Notes under the pieces: generated by a model
Seen by the model: the letters and a program-made list of their open reading frames with translations, nothing else
The model's database searches: none
What the model was told of the DNA's origin: nothing
NCBI GenBank assembly: GCA_016748015.1
Contig: JAAOMT010000708.1
Location: forward strand, 186,001-250,000
Reading direction: 5' to 3'
DNA: 64,000 bases
DNA from: Geosiphon pyriformis uo1
Taxonomy: Eukaryota; Fungi; Glomeromycota
Made by a program: the position numbers and the translations under genes
In this document: in pieces, positions 37,843 to 51,627 of the stretch
Layout: every line of letters begins with the position of its first letter
How positions within the stretch are numbered: position 1 is the first letter of the stretch

Positions 37843-39679
37843 ATGTCTAAAAAAAGGCACTTAAAAAGGCTTTTCATGAATCTGTTAGGAGTTTTTCCTT
37901 AAAAAAAAAGAGTTTTTATAGGCAACATTAAGCAATCTGATAATAAAAAAGATATTTTTTTAATTAAATCTGGTTTTGGTAAAGGTGTGTATTCGAACAT
38001 GAATAGTAAATCTGATAATAGTAATAATGAAAATGTCTTAATAAATATTAGTAGTAGTTTCTTTCTTGGTTTGGCAGCAACAATTTCTAAAGCAAAAAAA
38101 GTTGTTAATGACTTGAAATGTGACTTTTTTCTTAACAAAATCGACTTTAACATAGATAAGAATAAAAAACCTCTTTTTTTTATTCTTAACATATCTCTGA
38201 AAAAAAAATAAATAGATTTAAAAATAGTAAAAACTCAAGTAAAAATGATGATAAAAATTTTTTTCACATTAGACATTAATTTTTTAGCTGTGAAAAAAAA
38301 ATTAACAACAGCAAAGACTCAATTTATTAGAAAATTTTTTCATCAATTAATAGTTTTAAGGAGACTACTATTTTTTCAAAATTTAAAGAGATTATCTAAT
38401 TAATATTTATATTAGAAAAAAATATAAAAAAAACTGCATCATTGGCTAAAAATAAAGAAATTATTATAAACAACAATATTAAGAGACAAAAAATACATTC
38501 AGATTAGACTGTGATGATCAAAAAAATTTTTATAAATATGTCAAAAAAAATGATTATTATTACAGTATCTAAATATGATTAAATTATGTCAATTAAATTA
38601 CAATTTATTAAACTATAGCAAAAAACTGTAATGGGATTCACTAAATTAGAACAGGCTAATTATTTGGCAGCTAAATATTTATTTTTAATTAGAAAAAACT
38701 CAGTACATATAGCAAAAGCTGTGAAAAATCATGATATTTGAATGTTAAAAAATTGTTTTAGAGTGTTTTTGTTTACTTTTCTGATAAAAACAACAGCTTA
38801 TAATCTTAATACTTTATTAAAAAGAGCTGGTAAGAAAACTTGTATTATAAACTATTCATTTAATATTGACAATAGGGTTTGCTGTATAGTAGTTGACTTT
38901 GAATCAAAGAAAAAATTAGAATTAACTCTTTACACAAAACCAATTTTGGATAGTATTAAGTTTTTTGGGCTAGAATAAATTTGATTTATTGCAAAAAATG
39001 TGAGCATTTTGGATATTTAGCTTTAGAATATAACACATTAAGTATTAGTGTTTTGTTTTTTAAAAAAAAATATAAAAAAATTGCTTTAAAAGAGAATTAT
39101 CTTTAATCGACTAAGTTATATGTTAAAAAAAGTGTTTTTATTTCTCATTCTGCTGTTTTTGATAATAAATTTTAGATATAAGTAGTTTTACTTGCTTTCT
39201 TTTTTAATAATATTTGCTTTAGTTTTGACTCTAAATTTTTTTTTTAATATATGTAAAAAAAATCTCATAGTTACTTAAAATAATTTATTTATTAGTACTT
39301 ACTTGGCTTTTTTAGAACGTTTTTTGGAGCTTTTGGCTGATTAAGTTTCAGGTATTATATAAAAATTAAGCACTATAAACTTGGCATTTCTGGTGTTTAT
39401 TTCTTAATTTCTATTTTTTGTGAAGTTTGTTCTATTAAATTCAAAATTGAATTTGGATATGGTTTTGAATAATCTATTTGTGTTATTTTTTTCTTTTTCT
39501 TTAGCTATTAATAATATGGTTTCAGATTTGGGTTTTAGTAAATTAAAGATTTTAACTATTAAGATAAGTGAATTGAAATTTAAAATAATGGTCTTTAAAG
39601 TTCTGTTAATTCAGTTTTGATAAGGTTAGATCAGTTGTATGCTGAATTAAGTTCTTTGGTACTCCTTTTATCTCAATGA
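37843..39679 (+). pseudogene. LINE ORF1 (RRM-like segments and a CCHC knuckle at ~38990-39030)
   Basis: ATG 37843; CKKCEHFGYLALEY is a decayed CX2CX3GHX4C; ends SQ-TGA. Confidence 0.7.
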
Positions 39680-41684
39680 GTAATTTGGTTTAAAAATTTG
39701 CTACATGCAATATTCAAGATATTAATGTTCTAGCCAAGCAAAAAAACATTGTTTGTTGACATATGAAATTAGAGAATATGGTTTCAATTATTACAAAAAC
39801 AAAATTGAAATCTAGTATTAAATTATAAATTATAAATAAGTTTAATAGAATTAAAATTTTTACTTCTGGTTTGAATAAGAATTTTCTTAATATAAAGGTG
39901 GCTATTATTATGAACAATTTTTTGCCTTGACATGTTTTTAAAGTAGAAAAAGTTTTTAGTCAAGTTATTTTGGTATGGCTTTTTTTAAGGGCAAATTCTC
40001 AGTTATAATTCTAGATTTGTATGTTAATGTGTTTACTAAAGCTAAGTTTAATCAGAATTCAATAATCAACTTTTTTATTGCTAAGACAATTAACTTCAGC
40101 AATTTTATAATTATGAGTGAAAATTTTAATAAAGATAGATCCAAAAAAAGTATTAGTTTCAAGTTCTGTTTAAGTTTAGATTTAGTCAATTCATTTGATA
40201 AATATTTGCTAGTTAAAGCTTTTATTTGAAACAACTCAAAGGGTGTTGAAAAAGTTATTAATTATATTTTTATAAATGAGGATTTATTTTTACAATTGTT
40301 AGTTATAAAATCAATTCTGTTTCTGATTTTTTTAATATAAATTACAAGACAGTTTTTGTAATGATTGAATTGGATAATTTACTGAATGTTTGCTTAAATA
40401 GTTTGTACAAACAAGCTAATAGGAACTGCTGAAAGTTCAAAATAAAGGATACAAATAGTATTAAGTAGATATTGTTTAGAGAATGCTTTTCTACTTAATA
40501 TGTTGTCATAATAAATAAGTTTTCAAAAATAAGAGTTTATGAGAATTTGAATAGTATATAGAAGCTATTAAGTAAATAATAGTTGAATTTGCTAATAAGA
40601 CATTTTTTAGACTTTGGTTTAGTAAGTTTCAGTGTGCAAAAAATAAACATTTTTCTAAGTTTTTTGGATTAAAACTATTAGTTGTCAAGATTGTTAGGAT
40701 GCTAAACTTGAGTAACATACTTGGATTTAACTGTTTTGTTAAAAAGTAGTTAACTTTAAATAATATAGAGACTTTTAAGATTATAAAAATGGTTTAAAAT
40801 ATCATAGAATTAGTGGATATTTTTAAACATTTGTTAATTGTTAACAAAAAGTACAGAAAGTTTAAACTGTATAAGTTAAAGTTAATTAAAAAAGCATTTA
40901 TTACAAAAACTATTGAAAAATGTATGAAAAACTTTTGTTTTAATAAAGGAGGTATAATCAGAAATATTCTAGACTGGCTTTTCTACAAAGTGGTTTTGAA
41001 TTACTTAGTAATAAATAATAAATTGATTTTAAAACTGGATAAAATAAAAATTAGTGTTAACAAAATTATAAAAAGTTGAACTAAAAAGTAAGTCATATTT
41101 TTCATAATGTCTGATCTTTGGAGTTGTTAATATACATTAGTAAACTATATAAATAATAATATCTTTTTTGGGGTGATAAAAAAAATCAATAAGAAGAAAT
41201 TGCTTTTGGTAATTGGTAATCTGTCTAATAATAAAGCTGTTGACTTGTTCAATATTCTCAACAAACTTTGAAAGCATAGTAATAACAATATGGTAGAACT
41301 TTTTTTGCAATTGTTAAATATATATTTGTCTTTTAATAATGTCTCTGTTCTATAAAAGAGAGTCTAGGTTTTGATAATCTCCAAACTATATAATTGAAAT
41401 GGAATTTTAACAAACATCTATTCTATTGCTTTAATTGAAATAGCTAGAAAAATTCTCTCCAAAAATTTTTTTAATTGAATTTCAGCTGTGTATAACAAGT
41501 TTGATGTTCTTTAAGAAAATAATTTTTCAGTGTTAAGAAGTACTTCTACTTAATTTCTAGTGTTTGCAATTGAATTTATAGTCAAAAAATGCTTTAAAAA
41601 AAACAGAGAACTTTAGTTGGTCTTATAGAATATATGCAAGTCTATGATTTAGTTGAATAATATTATCTAAAAACTAGTTTACAA
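39676..41684 (+). pseudogene. LINE ORF2: AP endonuclease and start of RT
   Basis: KFATCNIQDIN (xCNVRG), IITKTK (ETK), MSENFN (GDFN); SIALIEIARKILSK and decayed DMRKAYD at ~41625-41650. Confidence 0.8.
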
Positions 41685-42017
41685 TATTACAAGTAATTAT
41701 TTGGGATGTTAAAACAAATAACAAACTCATAACTTGGTGCTTAATAACTAGAAATGCTGGTGATTTCTGAAGATTTTGAAGTTTAAAGGTTTTTGGTTAA
41801 GTCTTTTTTATAATAGACAGAGATTTAATTAATGACTTCTTTTGTAAATTTTTTTTTTAGATAGTGGCCAGTTTATTCTAACAGTTATGTCTTTTTGGTA
41901 AACTATTTTTAAATTTTTACTCTTATTTCCAGGTTTTTTAGGCTATTTTTGATATTAAATACTTAGTACTTAATCTTTTTTATAAATTAATAAACAACAA
42001 AAAAATGAAACAAAAAG

Positions 42018-42062
<45 letters not shown>

Positions 42063-45000
42063 AGAAATTAATATTTTGTTAATATTTATAATTAAAAGCT
42101 ATTGGTTTAATGTAGTTAAGTATTAGATTTTATTAACATAAAGTATTGATAAAGTAAAATAAATTAATATTTCTTTAATTAAGTAATAATAACATAGATT
42201 TGGATAATAATAAATGTTTTATTAATATAAGAATAATTTTACTTTAAGTTATAGAAAAATATTTTTTAAAGAAAAAAGTATTGTTGAATTCTTCTGAAAT
42301 TATATTTTGTTTTTAACATTCTTACTATATATTTATAATTTATGTTATATGAAATTTTGGAATTTTGGAATTCTGCAATTTTCTGAAAAAAATTCTGGAA
42401 TTTTTCTTTTATTATATTTATTTCTGATTGATTATTTTATCTATTATTATAATTCCTAATTTCTATGAATAATAATTTTTTTTTTAATATTAAGCTTCAT
42501 TAAAATTTCTTAAATTTCTTAAATTTATATTAATACACAAATGAAATTTCATTATAATAACAGTTTTTTTAGAATATCTAAGATCAAACTCTGTATTAGT
42601 ATTATGCATATATTTTAACATAATATTTTTATTATTATTGCTAAACTATTTAAGTTTCTGCTCTTTTGAAAGATCTGAAAATGCAATATATTATTTAGAA
42701 TTGTAATTGAAGTTTGAATTGTTGTTATTATTATTACTATAATAAATGATATTAAAATTATTATTTTTGTTATCATTAAAGTTTAAATTACAATTGAATT
42801 TTGATTTTGATTCCAAAGCACATTTACTAATTGGTTCTTTTTCTTCAAAAATTGAATATATTATGTATAGTGGCAGATTGTAAATAAGATCATAATTATC
42901 ACAATATTCAAAATTACTGGAAATTAGACAATGTTTATAGAGTCTAGTGTTTAATTGTTTTAAATGCTGCTTTTGCTCTTTTTTAATAAGAGTTAAATCT
43001 TGGTAATGTTTATGAAATTGCTTTAAGTCATTTATGATATCAATAAATATATTTGGATTGGGAATAAAAATAGTTTTAACAGGTTTTAATAAGTTGTTTT
43101 TGATAACAAGTATTTTATTAAGTAAAGTGCTTTTGACTTTAATACTTGCTATCTAATAGATTTTGTTCTTGTTATATAAGTAACTGTCTAAACATGAGAG
43201 TACTTGGTTCTACATGGCATTAAAAAATGTTTTTTAGCTTATCTAATTGCTTATTAGAATTGTGTATTAACATAATAGATTGTATGTTCCTCTATAACTA
43301 AAAATGTCATTTTACATTCCTTTATTAAGTAGTGTTTTTTATAAGCAAGCCATGATTCATTGTCCTATTTTTTTGTTGTTTAGAGTAATCAAAGCATTTT
43401 CTATGACATAATTTGTAATAATAGTGGGTATACATTCAGTAGTTTTTTTAGATAAGATTCAAGCTCCCATAAAAGAAAGTTTCTTTTTATAATTGATGTA
43501 TCTAAAAAGAATATAAAATAATTCTTTCTTTGATTCTATTAAGTATGGAATATGCCAATTATTAGTTGTTTTTTTTGTAAAAGTAGTGGTTTGAAATATG
43601 TCTTTTTTTTTTCTTTTGTTATCTTAGAATAAAATTAGTAATAACTTATTGTGGTTATTATTAGTCTACAAAATTTGATAGGCTTCCCAGATAGGTATTT
43701 TTTTTTAAACTTGATTAGTGGTAATTAGGTGGTAGTATTTGTTTTGAAATAGCTACAAGTAACTAAAATCTTAATTTGCTGATTATCTTAACTAAGTTAT
43801 AGCTTTTAAATAGTCTAATTAAACATAGCATTGATTTTAAACAGTCAGTCATTACCAATAAAAGCTTAGTACTAGATGGCTTTTATAACTAAAACTTTGA
43901 TTGACACAATAATACCATTAACTTTGAAAGAAAAGTCATTAATTTTGCCAATAAGAGTCTTGGTTGCTTTATCAACTATAATAATTCTGACACTATTAGT
44001 GTAATCAACTTGGCAACTTAATTGGTCCATAAATTGTTTTGTAATAATACTGCCTACTGACTTATTATCAAGAATTAGCTTAATAAATTGGCCATCAATT
44101 TTAACATCAGTATATATAACAATAATCAATTTGGTATCAAGAGCAACTTTACTAAAAAAAGATATTGTTAAGGATTTTTCTAATTTAAAAGAGAAAATAA
44201 CTACAAATAATTTGTCTTTAGTAATTGTTGTTAATAAAATATTGTTGATAAATAGTGTTGAATTGGTTTTTAAGTTATTAAATAAGTTGTTTTTTGAGGT
44301 AATCAAGAGGCTTAAATAGTTCTGGAAATTCGGATTTTGAATATATCTACTTTCTAAACTCTACTAACATAATTCTAATAACTGGTTTGAGAAACTGAAA
44401 ATTGGTTGATACATAATTATTACCAATCTTCAGTTTTGTTGTATATATGTGATTCTTAGTCTTTGGTTTTTGGTTAATATTTGAGTTAAGTTTTGTAGCA
44501 GTGTTGGAATTAGTTGTGATTAATAAATTACTTATGGCTGTGGTTGATAGATTACTGGTACTGAAGTCTAATAAACTGGAGGTACATATATAGATTGTTG
44601 TGTAATTTAAGAGTAATGTAATTGATATAGATATAATTCTAATAATAAATTGTTGGCATAGTTCTGGGTTTAAAACCTGCAATTAAGATTTGATATTGAT
44701 TTCTTGATTATTAATTATTAAATCTAAAATGACAATCTGCTTTTAAATGACCTTATTTACTATAATAATAACAATTACATGTTTTTTGTTGTCATAGTTA
44801 ATTTAATAATAATAATGGGTTTAAACATAACTGATTTTAAAAGCAATTGAAGTTTTTTGAATTATTATAATATTAAGAAAACTAATAAATTACTTGATTG
44901 CTAGCTAAGTATCTCTCTAATTTCTGGTTGATAAAGTTATTAAATTGTTTCAGCTTAGAATTCAATTCAGATAATTTGTTCTTTACTAGGTTTATAGCTT

Positions 45001-48000
45001 GGACATAATTGGCTTTGAGTTTGGCTAATTCAAAATTTTTGGTGTGTGTAACTGTATTTTAAAGAGTATTTGAATACATTGAATATATTTGTTATAATAG
45101 ACTACTGTATAGTCCACAAATAAATTGATTTAAGATCTGTGGTACTGTAAAGTAATCAGTATTAATTGTTTGAATTTAGTGCAGATTTCTGTAAAAACAT
45201 TCTAAATAAGTGGTGACTGCTTTTATATTATCTTGTTTAATAGTAGTAAAACTAGTTAATAAGCAATTTATGCTATTATTATTGCTAAAATACCATAAAA
45301 ATATGGTTTTAAATATGTTAAAATCTTGGAATTTGTTTACAAAATTTTGATATTACAAATTGTTAGTGTTTTGAAGAAAATATGAGATGGCTTAAAGTGC
45401 TTTGGCATTGTTTTATCTGTTGGCTGCAATGGCTTTTTTAATATTGTTTAGTTATGTTTTGGCATTATTTTTTTTATTTGTAAATTTTTTTAGTTTGGTA
45501 ATAAGTACATATATTATTGATGCAAATTGTTATTATTGTAATTGTTGTTGAAATTGTTGTTGTTGTGTGGCAATTGGTGTAACTGGTAGAATGATCACAA
45601 TAATTAAAGATAAGTTTTGCTAAAAAATAGGAGTAGAGTTTAAATTGTTTGAGTTTTGTAGAGTTTGAACAATTGGAGTTTGTACTTTTAGATTATCTAG
45701 ATTCAGATTTTAATTATTATTTCTTTGATTGTCATTTTTTTTTTGAATTGAAGTCTTCTCAATAATTAATAAATCTGAAATTTGGTTAAAATAGTAGTAA
45801 TTAAAGTCCTAATAATGTTGTTAGTGTTACAGATGATTATTTGGGGTCTCAAATCAAATAACAAATTCATAACTTGGTGCTCAATATCTTGACAATACTG
45901 GTGTTACTGGTATGTTAATTGTATCTGAAGGTTTTAAAGTTGAGTCCTTTGTATAATGAACAGAGATTCAATAACAATGTAATTGGTTAGTGAGTTGTGT
46001 TCTCAATTTTTGTCTTCAGCTTGGTGGCCAGGTTATTCTGGCAGTTGTGCCCTTCTGATAAGTTATCCATTAATATATATATAATTTTACTCTTATTTCT
46101 GGGTTTTTTACCAGGCTATTCATGATGTCAATTACTCAGCACTTTAATCTTTAATCAGTTAGTATACAACAATAAAAATCAAAGAAAGAAATAAATAAAA
46201 GAAAATAAAGAAATAAGCCAAGATGATGTGTAAGCTAGTATCTCATCAATAGCTATAATCAAGAGCTATTGTTCCAGCATGGTTAAGTATCAATTACTAT
46301 CAACATGAAGTGTTAATAGTGGAGAGTGAATTTGGATGGTAAATGATTTATTTATTTAATATTTGTGGATGAAAGATTTCTAACTAAAAGATTCTGCTCT
46401 TTTTACTTCTAACACTACTGCTATATATACATAATTGATGTTCTATGAGATCACTCACATTCCCAAGCAATGTGTTATAATTTTTTAAGCAATATGCTGT
46501 GATTTCTATTATTGTTCTATATTGCTAAGCAATGTGCTCATGTACTACATACTATTCACTTATTGGTCTACTATTTTCCCTATATCTGTTTTCTTTTTAT
46601 GAGTAATATTGGTCATAATTTAAATTTTTCAAAGAAATTGTCATAAATTCCTAATAATTTGGCTTTTTTTTGATTATTTTAGAATAATATTTTGGATAAT
46701 AGTGTTTTTACCATTAATGTTAATATAAATCCAGATAATATATGTATAATATTTTTTGGTATATAATTGTATAATAAATAAATAAGTGAAATAACTTTTG
46801 GTTTCTTCCAAATAGGCAGTTGTATTTTTCTTAATGTTTCTGTTAGAGTTTGTAATTTCTTTTTGTTTGTAAAGATGATAAAAAATTTCTGTTGAATGTA
46901 TTTCTTAATTTTTCTGTTTATTTTTGTAATTAATGATACAAACAGATATTTTGGTAAAAATATAGTGTTTTGAAATAATTTACTGTAGAAATTATTAAGA
47001 ATGGCTTCTGGATTTCTTTGGTCTTCTAAATAAGATTTAATTTTTTTGTTAATATAGAAGTTGAAAGTTGATTTTGCTGGCCAATAATTACTTGTTAGTC
47101 TGAAATAAATTTGGTAATGTTAAAATAAGAATTTGGCAAATTCTAAATGATTTTTTTCTATAATTTCTTGATTTGCCACTTTTCTAGATGGTTAATATTA
47201 GTGCTAGTTCTTTGTTAAATTATACCTTACAGAAAGCATCAAATATTACAAGTAATTATTTAGAATATTAGAACAAATAACAAACTCATAACTTAATACT
47301 TAATAGCTAGGAATATTGGTAATTTTTGAAGGTTTTGGAGTCTAAAAATTTTGGTTGAGTCTTTTGTATAATAGACAAAGATTCAATTGATGGTTTTTTT
47401 TGTGAATTTTTTTCTGTAGCATAGTAACCAGTTTATTTTGATAGTCATGCTTTTTTGATAAGTTATTCTTAAGTTTTCTATATTTGTTTCTAAGTCTTTT
47501 ATCAGACTATTTTTAATGTTAAATATTTAGCACTTAATTTTTTTAATCAATTAATAAACAACAAAAAAACAAAACAAAAAAAAATAAAAAATTAGTATTC
47601 TGTTAATAGCTGTGATTAAGAGTTATTGGTTTAATATAATTAAGTATTAAATTTTATTAACATAAAATATTGATAATATGGAATGAATTAATATTTTTTT
47701 AATCAAGTAATAAATTGAATAATAATTAAATATTTTATTAATATTAATGTAATTCGATTTTAAATTATAGAAAAATATCTTTTGAAAAGAGGAGTAAGAA
47801 ATAAGTAGTTATTATTAGCTACTGTTTTGTCTAAGTTAAATATTTTTTCTGTTTTTAATACTCTTATTATTTATAGATAATTTATGTTATACAAGATTTT
47901 TTGAAATTTTTCAATTTCTTTAAAAAAAATTCTGGAATTCTGAAATTCTGTAATTTCTTAAAAAAAATTCTAGAATTTTGAGATTTTGAAATCTTGCAAT

Positions 48001-48098
48001 TTTTCAAGAGAAATCCTGCAATTTTTTTCTTTTTATTATGCTTATTTCTGATTGGTTATTTTACTTACTATTGTAATTTCTAATTTCTATGAGTAACA
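41685..48098 (-). mobile_element. Internally deleted family-B element H (gag-PR-Zn only) with a solo LTR
   Basis: 5' LTR 47244-48098, PBS, gag, PR (ORF 43872-44306), Zn region, dUTPase motif 1, then jump at ~42530 to PPT and 3' LTR 41685-~42474. Confidence 0.85.
45825..46608 (-). repeat. Solo LTR in the gag N-terminal extension of H
   Basis: TGTTAC and GTAATA ends; TSD TTAG/TTGG. Confidence 0.9.
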
Positions 48099-51000
48099 GT
48101 AACAAATAATTTATTTTTCATGATAGTTGCTACTGAAATGTTGTTGGTAAGTAGTTGTTTTGATAATTTTAGATTGTTGAATTGAGTATTTTTTGGAGTA
48201 ACTAAAAGACTTAAATAGTTTTAAGAATTTGGATTTTGGATGTACCTATTTTCTGAATTTTTTGAGCATAATTCTAATAACTGGTTTATAAACTGAAGAT
48301 TGATTAGTGCATAACTATTACTGATCTCCAATTTTGTTGAATATGGATAATTCTTGGTCTTTGAATTCTGTTTGATATTAGCACAGTATTTTGGGACAGT
48401 ATTTGAATTGGTTGAGACTAATAGATTATTTGTAGCTGTGATTAATATATTATTAATATTGAAGTTTAATAAATAAGAAGTAAATATATTAGTTGTTATA
48501 TTATTAATATGTAATAGTATTGATATTAGTATAGTTTCAATGACAAGTTTTTTGGCATAATTTGGAATTTAAAACCTGCAATTAGGGTTTCTATATTGGT
48601 TTTTTAATTATAAGTATTAAATTTGGCATAACAATCTGCTTTTAAATAGTTTTGTTTACTGCAATAATGGCAATTATATATTTCTTACTGTCATAATTGG
48701 TTTACTAATTATAATAACAGATATAACTAATTCTGAAAGCAATTAAAATTTTCTAAACTGTTGTAATATTGAAAAAGCTAATAGATTATTGGACTGTTAA
48801 TTAAATATCTCTTTAATTTTTGGTTGATCAAATTACTAAATTGTTTCAGCTTAAAATCTAATTCAAATGATTTATTTATTACTATATTTACAGTTTAGAT
48901 GTAGTTGGCTTTGAGTTCAGCCAATTCAAAATCTCAGACATATATAACTGTGTTTTGAAGAGTATTTGGGTGTAATAGGCATATTTATTATAACAAACTG
49001 TTGCATAAACTGAGAATAAATTGGTTCAGAATCTGTAATACTGTAAAGTAGTTAGTGTTTACAGCTTGTATTTAGTGCAAATTTCAATAGAAGTATTCTA
49101 AGTAAGTAGTAACTGCTTTATTATTGCCTTATTTAATAATGATAAAACCAGTTAACAAGTGATTGATATTGTTATAATTGCTAAAATATTATAGAAATAT
49201 GATTTTAAACATGTCAAAATTTTGGGATTTATTTACAAGGCTTTAATATTACAAGTTTACAATATTTTACAAGAAGTATAAGATGATTTGAAGAGTTTTA
49301 ATGTCATTTTATCTATTGACTATAATGGTTTTTCTACATCATTTAGCTATGCTTGAGCATTGTTTTCTTTGCCAATAAATTTTTCAAGTTTAATAATTGG
49401 TATATATGCTATTTGTGCCAGTTGTTATTGTTGTAGTTGTTAAAAAATGATGATTAGTGCTACTAACAATTAATAAATCAAGATAACTGGAAGTAAGTAT
49501 TGTTAAAAAACAAGAACAGAATTTGAATTATTTGAGTTTTATTGAGTTTAAACAATTAGAGTTTAGATTTTTAAATTATTTGGAATTGGATTTTGATTAT
49601 TATTTTTCTAATTACTGTTTTTTTTTTGAATTAGTGTCTATTTAATTATTGTTAGATCCGAAATTTTGTTAGAATAACAGTAATTGAAGTTTTAATGAAA
49701 TTGTTAATTATAATTTAAATCCTTTAAAAAAATTGCCATAGATTCTTAATAATAGTGTTTTTAATATGAGTATTGCTGTTAATATTATTTAAATAGTGCT
49801 TTTAGATATATAATAATATAATAAGTTAATAGATAAAACAACTTTTAATTTCTTTTAAGTAAGTGGTTGTATTTTTTTTAAGGTTTTTGCTGGAGTTTAT
49901 AGCTTTTTTTTTTATTAGTAAAAGTAATGAAGAATTTCTGTTTGGATAAGTTTTGATCTTACAATTTATCTCTGTAATTATTGAGACAAAACTATGATTT
50001 TGTGGAAAACTGATATATTGTAATAACTTGCTGTAAAAATTTCTAATGATGGTTTTTAGATTTTTTGGCCTTCTAAGTAGTGTATAATTTTTTTATTTAT
50101 GTAGAAATTAAAGACTAATTCTGCTGACCAATAATTATTTGTTAATTTAAGATAAGTTTGGTAATATTGAAATAAAAATTTGGCAAATTCCAAATAGTTT
50201 GTTTTTGTTATTTTTAATTCTGCCACTTTTTTAAATAATTGATGTTGATACTGGTTTTTTATTAGATTATACTTTACAAAAAGCACTAAATATTGCAGGT
50301 AATTATTTAAAATATTGGAGCAAATAACAAATTCATAATATGATATTCAATAGTTGTTTAATGTTGGTAATTTCTAAAGATTTTGAAGTCTAAAAAGTTT
50401 AATTAAGTTTTTTGTATAATAAACAGATATTTAATTGATAGTTTTCTTCAATTTTTGTCTTTAGTACAGTGGTCAGTTTATTTTGGCAATTATGTTTTTC
50501 TGGTAAGCTATTTTTAAGTTTTCTACTCTTGTTTTATAGGTTTTTTACCAGACTATCCTTAATATTAATTACTTAGTGCTTAATCTCTTAATCAATTAAT
50601 AAACAATAAAAAAATAAAATAAAATAAAATAAAATAAAATAAAAATAAGAAAAAAAATAAGAAATTAATATCTTGTTTATAGTCATAATTAAAAGTTATT
50701 GGTCTAGTGTAATTAAGTATTGAATTCTATTAACATGAATTGTTAATAATACAGAAGTGATTAATATTTCTTAATTAAATAATAATAACATAGATTTAAA
50801 TAATAATAAATATTTTTATTGATATAAATATAATTTTACTTTAAGTTATAGAAAACTATTTTTTGAAAGAAAAAGTATTAAATAATTACTTGTTTTTAAC
50901 TACTATTCTTAATTTTTTTTTTGCTTTTAATGCTTTTACTATGCTTCTTTCTTATTGGCTATTTTTTTATCTATCATAATTTCTATTTTTATAAGTAATA
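48099..51000 (-). mobile_element. 5' part of family-B element I: LTR 50291-51000, PBS, extension and gag
   Basis: KVAELKITKTNYLEFAKFLFQ in ORF 50056-50286; capsid and CCHC remnants. Confidence 0.85.
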
Positions 51001-51627
51001 GTGTTTTTCTATAAATTAATACAACAACAATAACTTCAAAATAGCAGCTTTAACAAACACAACTATTTTAAAATATTATTAATTGATTTATATCTATTGT
51101 AAACAAAAATTTAACATTTTAGACAAAATCAAAATTTTCAAAAAAACACTTTATCAATACATTAAAATCATATTAATAACTATTTTTTTAAAGATTACAA
51201 CATATTTAAAGTCAAAAAAAGCAAAATAAAAACTTGTTATATTATTTTTATTTAAGTATTAAAGATTTTAATAACCAAACACTTAATATTTATTTTCAAA
51301 AACTTGACTTTAATATTATTTAATATTGTAAAAAAAAATACTTAATACAATTTAAATTCTTTTTTGACTTAGAATTTAAATTAAAAAACAATAAACAAAA
51401 ACAAAAACAAAATTCTAAAACCATTTATAAATACTTTTCAAACTACAGCCAAACATTTACAAATATCTAAGCAAAAAACAAATATTAAATTATCATTTTT
51501 AATTATATTATTTTTAATTTTACTTATCTAATCACAAATACCAAATTTTTTATTTATTTGTTTTAAAACCAAAAAATTTTCATTTATCTAAAAGTTCTAC
51601 TTAATAGCAAAAACCAATTTTAACCAG
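51001..51627 (+). other. Very AT-rich decayed fragment, possibly the gag N-terminus of a further retroelement family
   Basis: Coding-like remnants (KIFKKTLYQYIK) and A/C strand skew; no clear match elsewhere in the window. Confidence 0.3.

Larger units (their letters stand above)
37680..41684 (+). mobile_element. APE-type non-LTR retrotransposon (LINE), 3'-truncated
   Basis: T-rich 5' UTR, ORF1, then ORF2 with endonuclease and the first RT subdomains; cut by the LTR at 41685. Confidence 0.85.

Noticed and set aside
42010-42060. Poly(A) tail of the LINE
   Set aside because: It is the T-rich tract of a minus-strand LTR degraded to a homopolymer, and lies inside the LTR that truncates the LINE
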